Position numbers and translations under genes: made by a program
Source: Promethearchaeota archaeon
GTDB taxonomy: Archaea > Asgardarchaeota > Lokiarchaeia > Sigyniarchaeales > SOKP01
Direction of reading: 5' to 3'
Assembly: GCA_048938005.1 (NCBI GenBank)
Contig: JBHLMQ010000040.1
Span: 1-27,623 of the forward strand
Length of the DNA stretch: 27,623 nucleotides
The notes under the pieces: model-generated
Told to the model about the DNA's origin: nothing
Database searches by the model: none
Seen by the model: the letters and a program-made list of their open reading frames with translations, nothing else
Shown: in pieces, positions 1 to 8,720 of the stretch
How the letters are laid out: each line of letters begins with the position of its first letter
How positions within the stretch are numbered: position 1 is the first letter of the stretch

Positions 1-204
1 ACTTCTTGGGTATTAATAGGCAAGCATCTTTTTCCGAGAGTTATTTTTGCCGCAATTTTTTTCACATTTCTTTTTTTTGGTTATTTGATCTTCATTTATT
101 CTTATTGGAATAAAGATAGTATATTTGTTATTTTGCTTGGAGTAGCAATTTTGATTTATGTTTGGCTAGACGTGATTTCACAATTCAAACATAAACCAAT
201 ATAG
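1..204 (+). CDS. 3' end of a membrane protein, truncated by the window start
   Basis: Frame +1 is open from base 1 to TAG at 202-204: TSWVLIGKHLFPRVIFAAIFFTFLFFGYLIFIYSYWNKDSIFVILLGVAILIYVWLDVISQFKHKPI*, with two hydrophobic segments. Confidence 0.65.
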   Translation, partial: TSWVLIGKHLFPRVIFAAIFFTFLFFGYLIFIYSYWNKDSIFVILLGVAILIYVWLDVISQFKHKPI

Positions 205-271
205 TCTATCACCTTATTCTTATGATTATTTCTTTGTTTGTTCTACAAAATCGTGCAGTGTTCTAAACTTT

Positions 272-311
272 AGTATAATATGTTTAAGTATAATATGTTT
301 AAGTATAATAT
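272..311. repeat. 15-bp tandem repeat (AGTATAATATGTTTA x2.7) upstream of the A2M gene
   Basis: Exact copies at 272-286 and 287-301, partial copy at 302-311. Confidence 0.85.
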
Positions 312-349
312 TATGATATAAAGAATGATTTTGAAATAGGTTTACGAAG

Positions 350-3300
350 ATGAGGAGACGAATAAAAGCATGTATTTTTTTATTAGTAATTTGCATTCAG
401 TTTGTTTTATTAGGTTGTAGTGTAGGTGGCACCAACTTCTTTATTAATAACAAACCAGAAGTACCTGACATGAAAATGCACCAAAAAGAGGGGGCATCTT
501 ATTCATCTCCTTATTATTTTCCTGTTAATAAATCCACTCCCTTAATGACGGAAGAGCTTTCCGAGGTGGAAACTGATCAGAGTCCTAAGCTGGTTTCTAA
601 TTATTATTATTATTATAATGATTATGCTCTAACACTTAATCTTGATAAATATGTTCTTATTGTTGGTGAAATCCTTACTATTAATTTAGGATTAACTTGT
701 AATTTAACTGCCTCGGCAGGAAAAATAATTTCTGTAGAAGTTTATCAAGGATTTTATCGAGATTATTATTTCTATTACCCAAATTATTATGAGACTGCAA
801 CACCAATTTTTACAATAAATTTAACTACTAATGCGAATGGTCTTGTTTCAATACCTTTTACCATGACTTCTACTGAAGGAATTTATACCGTTTATGCTTA
901 TACTGAGAATTGTCGAGCTTATAAGGAATTTACTATAGGCGAAGTTGGAATTTTTTATAAAGGTCCAAGATACTACAAGCAAAATCAGTTATATACCGCA
1001 GCGGTCCATATTGTTAACCTGACTGATTTTTCAGGTATCCCATTAGCTGGTTTTAATTATTCTGTTTCTTATTATGATTATTCAAGTACTAGCTGGATTT
1101 TTTTAACAACAAATGAAGGTCAAACTGATGATTCAGGTTATGCTATTTTTACTACAGATATTCCTTTAGATATAGATGATTATTATATACTTAGATTAAC
1201 AATACAAACTATTGATGGAAAAGCTGAATATCAGACCTTTTTGTATGAATCCTGGGACTATTATTATTATTGTATGTGGGGAGGGCAACAAAAAACAATC
1301 CAAGAGCGATTTCAGTATGTGGTAACAACTGATAAGACAATTTACAGTCCGGGCGATACTATTTTTTTAAGAGTTTTAGTTTTAGAATATTCATTCATGA
1401 ATGAAACTAAAAAAGCAATGCAAAATACTCCCGTTTCTTTGACCATCTATAATCCTAATGAATTTGCTGTTTTTTGGTCAACTATTACAACTGATGATTA
1501 TGGTATCTTAACCTTTACTTTTCCATTAGATGAAGATTGTGAATTAGGATATTATGGATTTGAATTTAGTCAATCAAATAAAAAATATAGATACAATATT
1601 AAGGTTGAATATTATGTTAAACCAGTTTTTAGGGTAGATATTGATACAAACGGAAAGGAATTCTATCCTACTTACAAAAATTTATTCGAAGGTTTTATTG
1701 AAGCAACATATTACTTTGGTCAGCCGGTGGTGGGAGCATCTGTTGAGCTCACTATCCAAAATTATTGGGGAGAACTCAAATTTAAGTTGGAGGGAATTAC
1801 AAACAGTGAAGGAAGGTTATATTTCTCGATTAATTTACAATATATTCCTGATATAGATTATACTTTTAGCGTACTAACAAATGTAATAGATATTTATGGT
1901 AGGAGTGCATCTATAGAAAAAATATATACTCGCATTGAGCAGTTATTTGCTTATGGTTATTTAACAAATTGGGCACCTAACCCTACTGAAACCTTAGAAT
2001 ATTATTTTTATGTATTTCAATACATTATGTCCGGGGATGAGTATTATTATTGGCATTGGATGTATAATCCATTAGCTAATCTCACAGCTAATATTGAAAT
2101 CTTTGGAATAGTAGGATATCCAATGTATACTTCATTAATTTCTGATAAGAAATTACTTGCAACTTACTCTGAATCTACAAATAAATTTGGAGCAGGTAAA
2201 TTGGAATTTAAATTACCTTTAGGACAAATAATACCTTATGATCTTTTTGAAATTAGGCTTTCAGTTACCCTTAAGGATGGTAGATCTACAACATCATCTT
2301 ACTATTTCCGTTATAAGAAATATAGTTTAGACATTAACATTATCGATTCAAACTTAGATTTAGGTGAGACTCTTGAATTTGAAGTAACCTTTAAAAACGT
2401 TCTGACAGGTTCTCCTTCAACCGGAGAAGGTAGGATTTATATTTATGATGCAAAGTGTCAACTGATAGGTCGAGTTAGTGATATGATTTCTGGGAGCAAA
2501 ACGTATAATTTTTATATTCCAAGTTTTTATCCTGAAGGAAAATATTATATATATTCGTATGTATATTCTCGCTCAAATGAATATTATGGTGGATTTAGTT
2601 ATCACTCTGCGCATGATTTTTTTGTAGTAGGTAGTTTTTATTCAGTATCATTTGTTACTAATTATACAAATACAGGAACTTATTATGACCAAATAGAAGT
2701 TCAAATTAATGATGTTATTGAGATTAATGGCATTTCAAATGTATCATCAAATATTCCACTTTATATCGAAGTATACAAACGTGGTTTGCTTTTTTCAGTC
2801 CCATTAGAGGTAATCGATGATAAATTCTCTTATAACCTCTCTGTTAAAGCAGATTTCGCACCTGATTTTACGATTATAATTTATACTATTTCCGATTTAG
2901 GAAAACTTTATGAAAGTATTCTTGCTGTTCACATCGATTTTTCTTATACCCTTAGTCTTTCAACAGATAAAGAAATTTATGAGCCTGGTGATTTAATAAC
3001 ATTGACTATTACACCATCAGACAATATAACTTCAGTTTTATCACTTTCTTTTATAGACAGTGCTGTACTTGATGTAGAACCAGAAGATGATTCGGAATTG
3101 GCTTATTTTACAATGAATACTTATTCGACTTATATTAGGTCAGGAAGTTCGTGGGGTTCTGGATTTATGTTTGATAGCTATTGGTGGTGCGGTTATGGGA
3201 TCCCCGCAGGTGGTGTTTATTATAGAGAGAATGAAGAACCAGTACCTTTATTAGATGATTTTTATGCGTTTCCTTATGGAGAAAATGGACACTTTAAACG

Positions 3301-6300
3301 TGATACCCCTTCTTTTGATGATTTACTCTCAACTTTAGACACAGAAATACGAAAAAATATTTCAGAATCAGCTAATTGGATGCCAAAATTGATCATTTCG
3401 GAACAAACTAACATTACCTTTAAATTAACCGATAATATAGGTGAATGGACTATTAGAACTGTAGGGAATAGCATGATTGGAGATTTTAATGATCTAGTGT
3501 TATGGGGAGATGTTGAAACCATACAAATTAAATCATTTTTACCGTTTTTCATAGAGTTTGACATACCACAACCAGTAGGTCAAGATGATATCTTAGATGT
3601 AAAAGGGTATATTTACAATTATATAGGGACTGATGTATATGCATTAGTTGCCATCAATGCCCCTGAACTTGCCATATTAAATAAGGATACACAAGAATTA
3701 TTTATTCCAAATGGTTTTATTTCAGAGGTTGAGTTTTCTGTTTATTGTATCGAGCCTTATTTCCAAAACATTACACTCTTGGCAGTTACTGAAGTTTCTG
3801 GAATACAATATTCAGATGCAAAACAAATAACGACTTATATAAAACCAAATGGGATTGAAGTCATAAATAGAACTATAGGATTTTTAAATGCTACTGATGG
3901 GTCTTTGCTCTTAAACTATACTGTGGATCCACTCGCAATTTACCATAAAGAAACATTAGCATTGTATACTGATCTAATGGATATTTCGATTGAAAGCTGG
4001 CAATCATTAATTGGTTATCCTTATGGGTGTATAGAACAAACAATATCTAGAACGCTCCCAACAGCTCTCATATTTAACTATTTAAAACAAACGGGGCAAC
4101 TTACTACTAATCTTGAGCAAGAGTTAACTTCAATGATCTTAGAAGGACTTAATCGGATTTATAATTTTCAACATAGTGATGGTGGTTGGGGCTGGTGGAG
4201 AGATGATACGTCTAAAATCCTGATGACTTCTATTGTTGTATCTGCATTGATCCAAATTGAGGAAGTTGGTTTCCAAATTAATTCAATTACATTAAAAAGA
4301 GGTATTGAATATCTAATTAATCATCAATATCCTAATGGTCTTTGGGATTTTCAAGAATATTCTTCAAACACTTTAGAAGCCACAGCTTTTATTCTTAAGG
4401 CAATAATGAATTTTAATAATAAAACTTCTCAGATGGACACAGCTATTAGTAAAGCTGTTAATGAGTTTAGAAGCTTATGGAATACTGAAGAAATGCAGAG
4501 TGCCTATGCGGCTTCTCTTTTTTATATCGCAACACGTGATAATATTTATGAAAATACCACATTTAATGATATATTAATTCAATTTATCAAAGATAATAAA
4601 AAAATCGAAGAGAATACAATATTTTGGGACAGTGATGTAAATAACATTTGGTACTGGCGAAAGTTAGGAAATATTGTTGAAATTACATCTTATGCTGTAT
4701 GGGCTCTTGCACTTGATGATTATGTAAATAACTATGCTTTAATCAAAAAAGCAGTCCGATATTTATTGAATCAACATAATCGTTGGGGGTGGGGATCAAC
4801 TGCAGATACCGCAGCAGCGATTACTGCTTTGACAGCAATTAAGGGAATTATTCTTACTGGAGGATTCATAGACTTCAATGGAACAGTTTCTGTTATGATT
4901 AATAACCATAAACCTCCTCAATATGTTTTAAATTTCACAGAATCTAACAATAACCCAGATGAAATTCTATTAAATCTGCGTGAATATATAACGGAAAATA
5001 CTAATACAATCAATATCTCCTTGAATGGTTCTGGTCAAATATGCTATATTTTTGAAAGTGTACAGATTTTACGTTCAAATCCAAAAATAGAGATTCCAGC
5101 TATGATAGAAGTTTCGAAAAATGAACAATTCTATGTGGGAGTAAGATTCTCTAAAATTGATGATAGAATGCCAATATTTGATGCTACATCATCATTACTT
5201 CATATTCCTCAAAATTTTCAAGATCCTGAAGCGAACTATACGATTTTTACTCCAATCCTTATTAATGGGAGTGAGATTTTCTTTTCTTTAATTGCACCAA
5301 ATATAGAAGGTGATTACATTTTAGAGGGTGTCTCATTTTTAGGATTTATTCAATTTAATGATACATCAAATAATTCTTCAAGTTATCAAATTTTTCAGCG
5401 CACAGTCGGACCTATAATTATTAGAGTAGGAACCCAACCACCATCATCATATCCTTTAATTGAAACAATTCATAGTTCAGCAGCGGAGGATTCTGAATTG
5501 TTAACTCTTACAAAGCAAGTTTCCAAACAAGAATTCCTTGTTCCTGGAGAAATTATAACTATTACGATAAAAATCTCAAATAATGGAGACCCACGCCAAT
5601 TTTACGTTCTTGAAGATAAACAACCTACAGGAACAATATTTTTATCCGATTCTGTTAAAATATTAGGAGATTATAATAATTCAGAAATTACGCATGGATT
5701 ATTTTTGTCAGGAATTCATTTCTTCTTTCCTATGTTAGCGATTGGAATTACTGAAATTACTTATCAACTTCAAGTTGATAATATAAAAAATTCTTACTCA
5801 GGAGAATGTAAACTTTGGGGTATGTACGATGATTTTTGTATCTCTGCTTACTCAATAGTATTAGAGAATATTCCCCGAAAACATAGTCCTGATAACTCAA
5901 TTTATCAAGATTTATTATTACCATATATTTTAAATATTAGTTTCAGCCAAAAGTTTAAAGAACCTAAAATACAGCTTCAAATTAATCTCCAAGCAACAGA
6001 TAATAATGGTATTAATAGAATTCGTGTAGTCTTTTCACAAAATTCTGGATGGAGGGTTCAAACTCTGTATTCAATGAAAAATCAAGAAGACTTTTTAATA
6101 ATTATTACAGACATTAAAAATATTAATTCTATAGTGAAAATGTATCTTGAAGTTTCTGACATCTACGGAAATATTGCCACTACAAATTTAATCCCCGTAA
6201 AAATCTTTGCTTATGAGATTATTCCTTATCTCATCATTGGAGTGATTTTGGGGCTTTCAATTGGATTAGCAAGCATATCTTCAATACTTTATAAAAAGTA

Positions 6301-6406
6301 TGAAGAAAAGAAACAACGTGAGCAAGATCGGATAATCAATAAAACAAAACATGAAATAAGTAAAGTTTCATTTTTAGATGAATCTGAAGAAGAAATGAAA
6401 AAGTGA
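350..6406 (+). CDS. Alpha-2-macroglobulin family thioester-containing protein, secreted and membrane-anchored
   Basis: MG-domain motifs TDKTIYSPGD and TDKEIYEPGD; IRKNISESANWMP (the IRxxFxETxxW-type motif after the bait region); thioester motif YPYGCIEQT (Cys codon 4028-4030); QHSDGGWGWW and WGSTADTAAAITAL in the thioester domain; N-terminal signal ending LLGC; C-terminal TM helix followed by a charged tail. Confidence 0.92.
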   Translation: MRRRIKACIFLLVICIQFVLLGCSVGGTNFFINNKPEVPDMKMHQKEGASYSSPYYFPVNKSTPLMTEELSEVETDQSPKLVSNYYYYYNDYALTLNLDKYVLIVGEILTINLGLTCNLTASAGKIISVEVYQGFYRDYYFYYPNYYETATPIFTINLTTNANGLVSIPFTMTSTEGIYTVYAYTENCRAYKEFTIGEVGIFYKGPRYYKQNQLYTAAVHIVNLTDFSGIPLAGFNYSVSYYDYSSTSWIFLTTNEGQTDDSGYAIFTTDIPLDIDDYYILRLTIQTIDGKAEYQTFLYESWDYYYYCMWGGQQKTIQERFQYVVTTDKTIYSPGDTIFLRVLVLEYSFMNETKKAMQNTPVSLTIYNPNEFAVFWSTITTDDYGILTFTFPLDEDCELGYYGFEFSQSNKKYRYNIKVEYYVKPVFRVDIDTNGKEFYPTYKNLFEGFIEATYYFGQPVVGASVELTIQNYWGELKFKLEGITNSEGRLYFSINLQYIPDIDYTFSVLTNVIDIYGRSASIEKIYTRIEQLFAYGYLTNWAPNPTETLEYYFYVFQYIMSGDEYYYWHWMYNPLANLTANIEIFGIVGYPMYTSLISDKKLLATYSESTNKFGAGKLEFKLPLGQIIPYDLFEIRLSVTLKDGRSTTSSYYFRYKKYSLDINIIDSNLDLGETLEFEVTFKNVLTGSPSTGEGRIYIYDAKCQLIGRVSDMISGSKTYNFYIPSFYPEGKYYIYSYVYSRSNEYYGGFSYHSAHDFFVVGSFYSVSFVTNYTNTGTYYDQIEVQINDVIEINGISNVSSNIPLYIEVYKRGLLFSVPLEVIDDKFSYNLSVKADFAPDFTIIIYTISDLGKLYESILAVHIDFSYTLSLSTDKEIYEPGDLITLTITPSDNITSVLSLSFIDSAVLDVEPEDDSELAYFTMNTYSTYIRSGSSWGSGFMFDSYWWCGYGIPAGGVYYRENEEPVPLLDDFYAFPYGENGHFKRDTPSFDDLLSTLDTEIRKNISESANWMPKLIISEQTNITFKLTDNIGEWTIRTVGNSMIGDFNDLVLWGDVETIQIKSFLPFFIEFDIPQPVGQDDILDVKGYIYNYIGTDVYALVAINAPELAILNKDTQELFIPNGFISEVEFSVYCIEPYFQNITLLAVTEVSGIQYSDAKQITTYIKPNGIEVINRTIGFLNATDGSLLLNYTVDPLAIYHKETLALYTDLMDISIESWQSLIGYPYGCIEQTISRTLPTALIFNYLKQTGQLTTNLEQELTSMILEGLNRIYNFQHSDGGWGWWRDDTSKILMTSIVVSALIQIEEVGFQINSITLKRGIEYLINHQYPNGLWDFQEYSSNTLEATAFILKAIMNFNNKTSQMDTAISKAVNEFRSLWNTEEMQSAYAASLFYIATRDNIYENTTFNDILIQFIKDNKKIEENTIFWDSDVNNIWYWRKLGNIVEITSYAVWALALDDYVNNYALIKKAVRYLLNQHNRWGWGSTADTAAAITALTAIKGIILTGGFIDFNGTVSVMINNHKPPQYVLNFTESNNNPDEILLNLREYITENTNTINISLNGSGQICYIFESVQILRSNPKIEIPAMIEVSKNEQFYVGVRFSKIDDRMPIFDATSSLLHIPQNFQDPEANYTIFTPILINGSEIFFSLIAPNIEGDYILEGVSFLGFIQFNDTSNNSSSYQIFQRTVGPIIIRVGTQPPSSYPLIETIHSSAAEDSELLTLTKQVSKQEFLVPGEIITITIKISNNGDPRQFYVLEDKQPTGTIFLSDSVKILGDYNNSEITHGLFLSGIHFFFPMLAIGITEITYQLQVDNIKNSYSGECKLWGMYDDFCISAYSIVLENIPRKHSPDNSIYQDLLLPYILNISFSQKFKEPKIQLQINLQATDNNGINRIRVVFSQNSGWRVQTLYSMKNQEDFLIIITDIKNINSIVKMYLEVSDIYGNIATTNLIPVKIFAYEIIPYLIIGVILGLSIGLASISSILYKKYEEKKQREQDRIINKTKHEISKVSFLDESEEEMKK

Positions 6407-6628
6407 ATTTTGGTCAAAATTCCTATTTTTTTTTTGTAATTTCTTAATGAAAGAAAGAATGGAGGTATATATGGATATATATATCACAATCTTAAAAATA
6501 ATAATTTTATATAAATGAAGAATAAACGGATTATAATCAGAACCTTTAAATATATACTTTTATATATTAGGTTGGGGTTAATTGTAAAGTAAAGTTTAAT
6601 TAAATTAAGAGGCGAAAAATACAAAAAA

Positions 6629-6733
6629 ATGGAGATAAAACAGATTTATGAAATACTAATGGCAATTATTGGATTTTCTGGTTTAATTGCTCTGTGTGTT
6701 GTTTTATTGGTAATTACTGGTATATTCGTTTAG
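6629..6733 (+). CDS. Small single-pass membrane protein (34 aa)
   Basis: ATG 6629 to TAG 6733: MEIKQIYEILMAIIGFSGLIALCVVLLVITGIFV; TATA-like TTTAAATA about 80 nt upstream; too short for the ORF track. Confidence 0.5.
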   Translation: MEIKQIYEILMAIIGFSGLIALCVVLLVITGIFV

Positions 6734-6772
6734 TTTTTTCTGCTTAAATTGAACAATTCTAATAATTAATCC

Positions 6773-6910
6773 TTGTATTATTTAACCACAAAATGGTTTG
6801 TCTCTTATTGGAACATTTTCTATTCACTACTAATTAGTATTATATTAATTGTTTTATACTTTTTAATGAGAAGATGGCACCATAAAAAAATTAAATATTA
6901 TGTTTATTAG
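6773..6910 (+). CDS. Possible small membrane protein (45 aa, TTG start)
   Basis: (M)YYLTTKWFVSYWNIFYSLLISIILIVLYFLMRRWHHKKIKYYVY*: hydrophobic helix followed by a basic cluster; could be a chance ORF in AT-rich DNA. Confidence 0.3.
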   Translation: MYYLTTKWFVSYWNIFYSLLISIILIVLYFLMRRWHHKKIKYYVY

Positions 6911-7040
6911 TATTTAAAAACTAAAATCAGAAAAACTAATTTTTTATAGTTTATTCAATAAATCTTATTCTATCAAAATTGAAATAAGAATTAATATAAA
7001 GATTTTTAAAATTTCAATAATTTTCACTTAAAAACTCTTT

Positions 7041-7418
7041 ATGATTGAAATGATTTTCGTGACATTTGAACAAGTTATGTGGTTTTTGGTATTTTACCTT
7101 ATAGTTCTGTTAATAATGGCAATTTTCTTGAAATTGGCTTTAGGTTTTTTTAGTAAAGCGAGAAACACAAATTTCGGTCGTGTTTTTTTAACAGCGTTCT
7201 TAATAACTGTAACATTTGCTTTAGTTTTTCTGTTTTTAGGAGGATGGCTAGCATGGTTGTTATCATTAGTTTTAACATGGGTAATTATTAGCGTTAGCCA
7301 TAATGTCGGATTTTTAAGTGCAATTGTTATAACTGTTTTAGCCTTCCTATTATACGTTCTCGTTGTTATCTTACTTAGTGCCTTATTACATGTAACAATC
7401 GATATATTACCATTCTAA
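7041..7418 (+). CDS. Hypothetical membrane protein (about 4 TM helices)
   Basis: 125-aa very hydrophobic ORF; exact start uncertain. Confidence 0.8.
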   Translation: MIEMIFVTFEQVMWFLVFYLIVLLIMAIFLKLALGFFSKARNTNFGRVFLTAFLITVTFALVFLFLGGWLAWLLSLVLTWVIISVSHNVGFLSAIVITVLAFLLYVLVVILLSALLHVTIDILPF

Positions 7419-7531
7419 TTTTTTTTATCTCTTATTTTTCTTGTTAGATATTGATTAGATTATTCCGACGTAAAAAATTTCTAACCTCTTTTCCTCGACA
7501 AAAAAGTTATAGTAATGCCTTAATAGTTGCA

Positions 7532-7539
7532 TTTAAATA
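7532..7539 (+). promoter_or_regulatory. Putative archaeal TATA box of the structured RNA
   Basis: TTTAAATA centred about 26 nt upstream of G7562, the first base of the first hairpin; this is canonical archaeal spacing. Confidence 0.5.
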
Positions 7540-7561
7540 TGAATTTATCAAAGTATAAATT

Positions 7562-7920
7562 GTTCATACCTAACGGTGTGAACGTCGAGAAGAGGTATTG
7601 TTACCTCAATGCATTGGTACCGCAAGGTAATCATTAGCGATATGAAGAGAAATTGTGTGTAAAAGCACAATTTGAACTAAAGTATAAATCGTGAGGTTTA
7701 TATTTGATGTTCAATCTGGCTGATTCGAAAGAATTAGTGAGGTTATCAAACGATAACACCATTCAAAGAATAAGAAATTATTCTCAGTATGGTATGTCTT
7801 TTCACTACGCAAACTGATTCAATGTTTTGAAAAATTTTTCCACGTAAGTGAAAAAAGACAATACCGTTTGCATTTGAAAGCCTTTAGGTAATCATTTGCA
7901 GCTTCTCGTCCCTTCTTTTT
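7562..7920 (+). ncRNA. Large structured non-coding RNA of unknown class
   Basis: About 10 helices, five closed by GNRA loops (GCAA 7622-25, GTGA 7691-94, GAAA 7727-30, GAAA 7774-77, GTAA 7844-47); G-U wobbles that work on the + strand; long-range pairings 7586-7592/7902-7908 and 7637-7650/7797-7810; no long ORF; upstream TATA box and downstream T-tract. Confidence 0.8.
7911..7920 (+). terminator. Pyrimidine/oligo-T archaeal terminator candidate
   Basis: CCTTCTTTTT immediately after the closing helix of the structured RNA. Confidence 0.45.
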
Positions 7921-7939
7921 AATTAATCCTGTTATGATC

Positions 7940-8107
7940 TTAAAATACAATATTTTTACTTTTCCATAATTTTACGAATCTTTTGAATTCATCAACAGAA
8001 ATTCCTAAATTATTATTAATTTTCTTTTTATTCTTTAATTCTTTCTTTTGAGCAGATTTAGATTTTAAACTCAATTGCCAATCATAATAAGATTTTTTTC
8101 TTGTCAC
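7940..8107 (-). CDS. Small basic Lys-rich protein (55 aa)
   Basis: GTG start: MTRKKSYYDWQLSLKSKSAQKKELKNKKKINNNLGISVDEFKRFVKLWKSKNIVF*; 14 Lys + 2 Arg versus 4 acidic residues; purine-rich GAGAGAGA upstream. Confidence 0.5.
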   Translation of the reverse strand: MTRKKSYYDWQLSLKSKSAQKKELKNKKKINNNLGISVDEFKRFVKLWKSKNIVF

Positions 8108-8206
8108 AAGAATAAGATTTAATCTCTCTCAAATAAGTTAAAAGAGTCCGACAAATTACAGAAAAATTACTATTACTGAATAAAAAAGCTGAAGATAGAG
8201 ATTTAT

Positions 8207-8677
8207 TTATTCTATCTCAGTTCCACAAATGGGGCAAATTTTCTCAGCTTCTTCGAGTTTATTTCCGCAATAGGAGCAATATTTTACTTTAAGGCCTTGT
8301 ACCATTATAGGTTCTTCTTTCTTTGAGACTTCCCCAAAAGTATTCAGTAGTGAAAATAAATGAGAGAAAAGGCCATTATACCAAGATTGTTTTAATTTTT
8401 CAACTCTAAATATATTTCGAGCGAGTGGTATCGCTTCAACTCTAATTAGTGTTTGGTTTCCTTCTAAATTATAAAAATTAATTCGAATTCTCTTTTTCCA
8501 ATTTGGATCATGACCAGTACTAGTCATCATAGTTCCTTGTTTCGCTTCGATATAGGTGGGAGGGGTTGATGTTTTAATTTTAGCTTTATGTTGGGTAGTT
8601 AGCCATTGCATTGTAATATCAAATGCTTTTTGGATATTTATTCGAAGTTTTTCCTCATAATTCACATTTATTCTCAT
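8207..8677 (-). CDS. Zinc-ribbon domain protein
   Basis: C-terminal CSYCG...CPICG; ATG at 8677 (MRINVNY) is more likely than the upstream TTG at 8695. Confidence 0.8.
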   Translation of the reverse strand: MRINVNYEEKLRINIQKAFDITMQWLTTQHKAKIKTSTPPTYIEAKQGTMMTSTGHDPNWKKRIRINFYNLEGNQTLIRVEAIPLARNIFRVEKLKQSWYNGLFSHLFSLLNTFGEVSKKEEPIMVQGLKVKYCSYCGNKLEEAEKICPICGTEIE

Positions 8678-8720
8678 AATTAATTTGTAAAACAAATATT
8701 AAATTAAGTTAACTATTTTC

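Noticed and set aside
7485-7499. Upstream sequence CCTCTT..CTCGAC complementary to 7584-7595
   Set aside because: It lies upstream of the putative TATA box, so is probably not in the transcript; only two 6-bp blocks
7609-7662. 17-codon ORF MHWYRKVIISDMKRNCV inside the structured RNA
   Set aside because: Very short, no clear SD, and buried in helices; expected by chance
7562-7920. Identification of the structured RNA as RNase P, SRP RNA, tmRNA or a group I/II intron
   Set aside because: The size is compatible, but I could not find the diagnostic sequences (GAGGAAAGUCC, the SRP helix-8 CAGG/AGCA loop, tRNA-like ends, domain V, group I P7 motifs), and no host gene is interrupted. An Rfam search is still needed.
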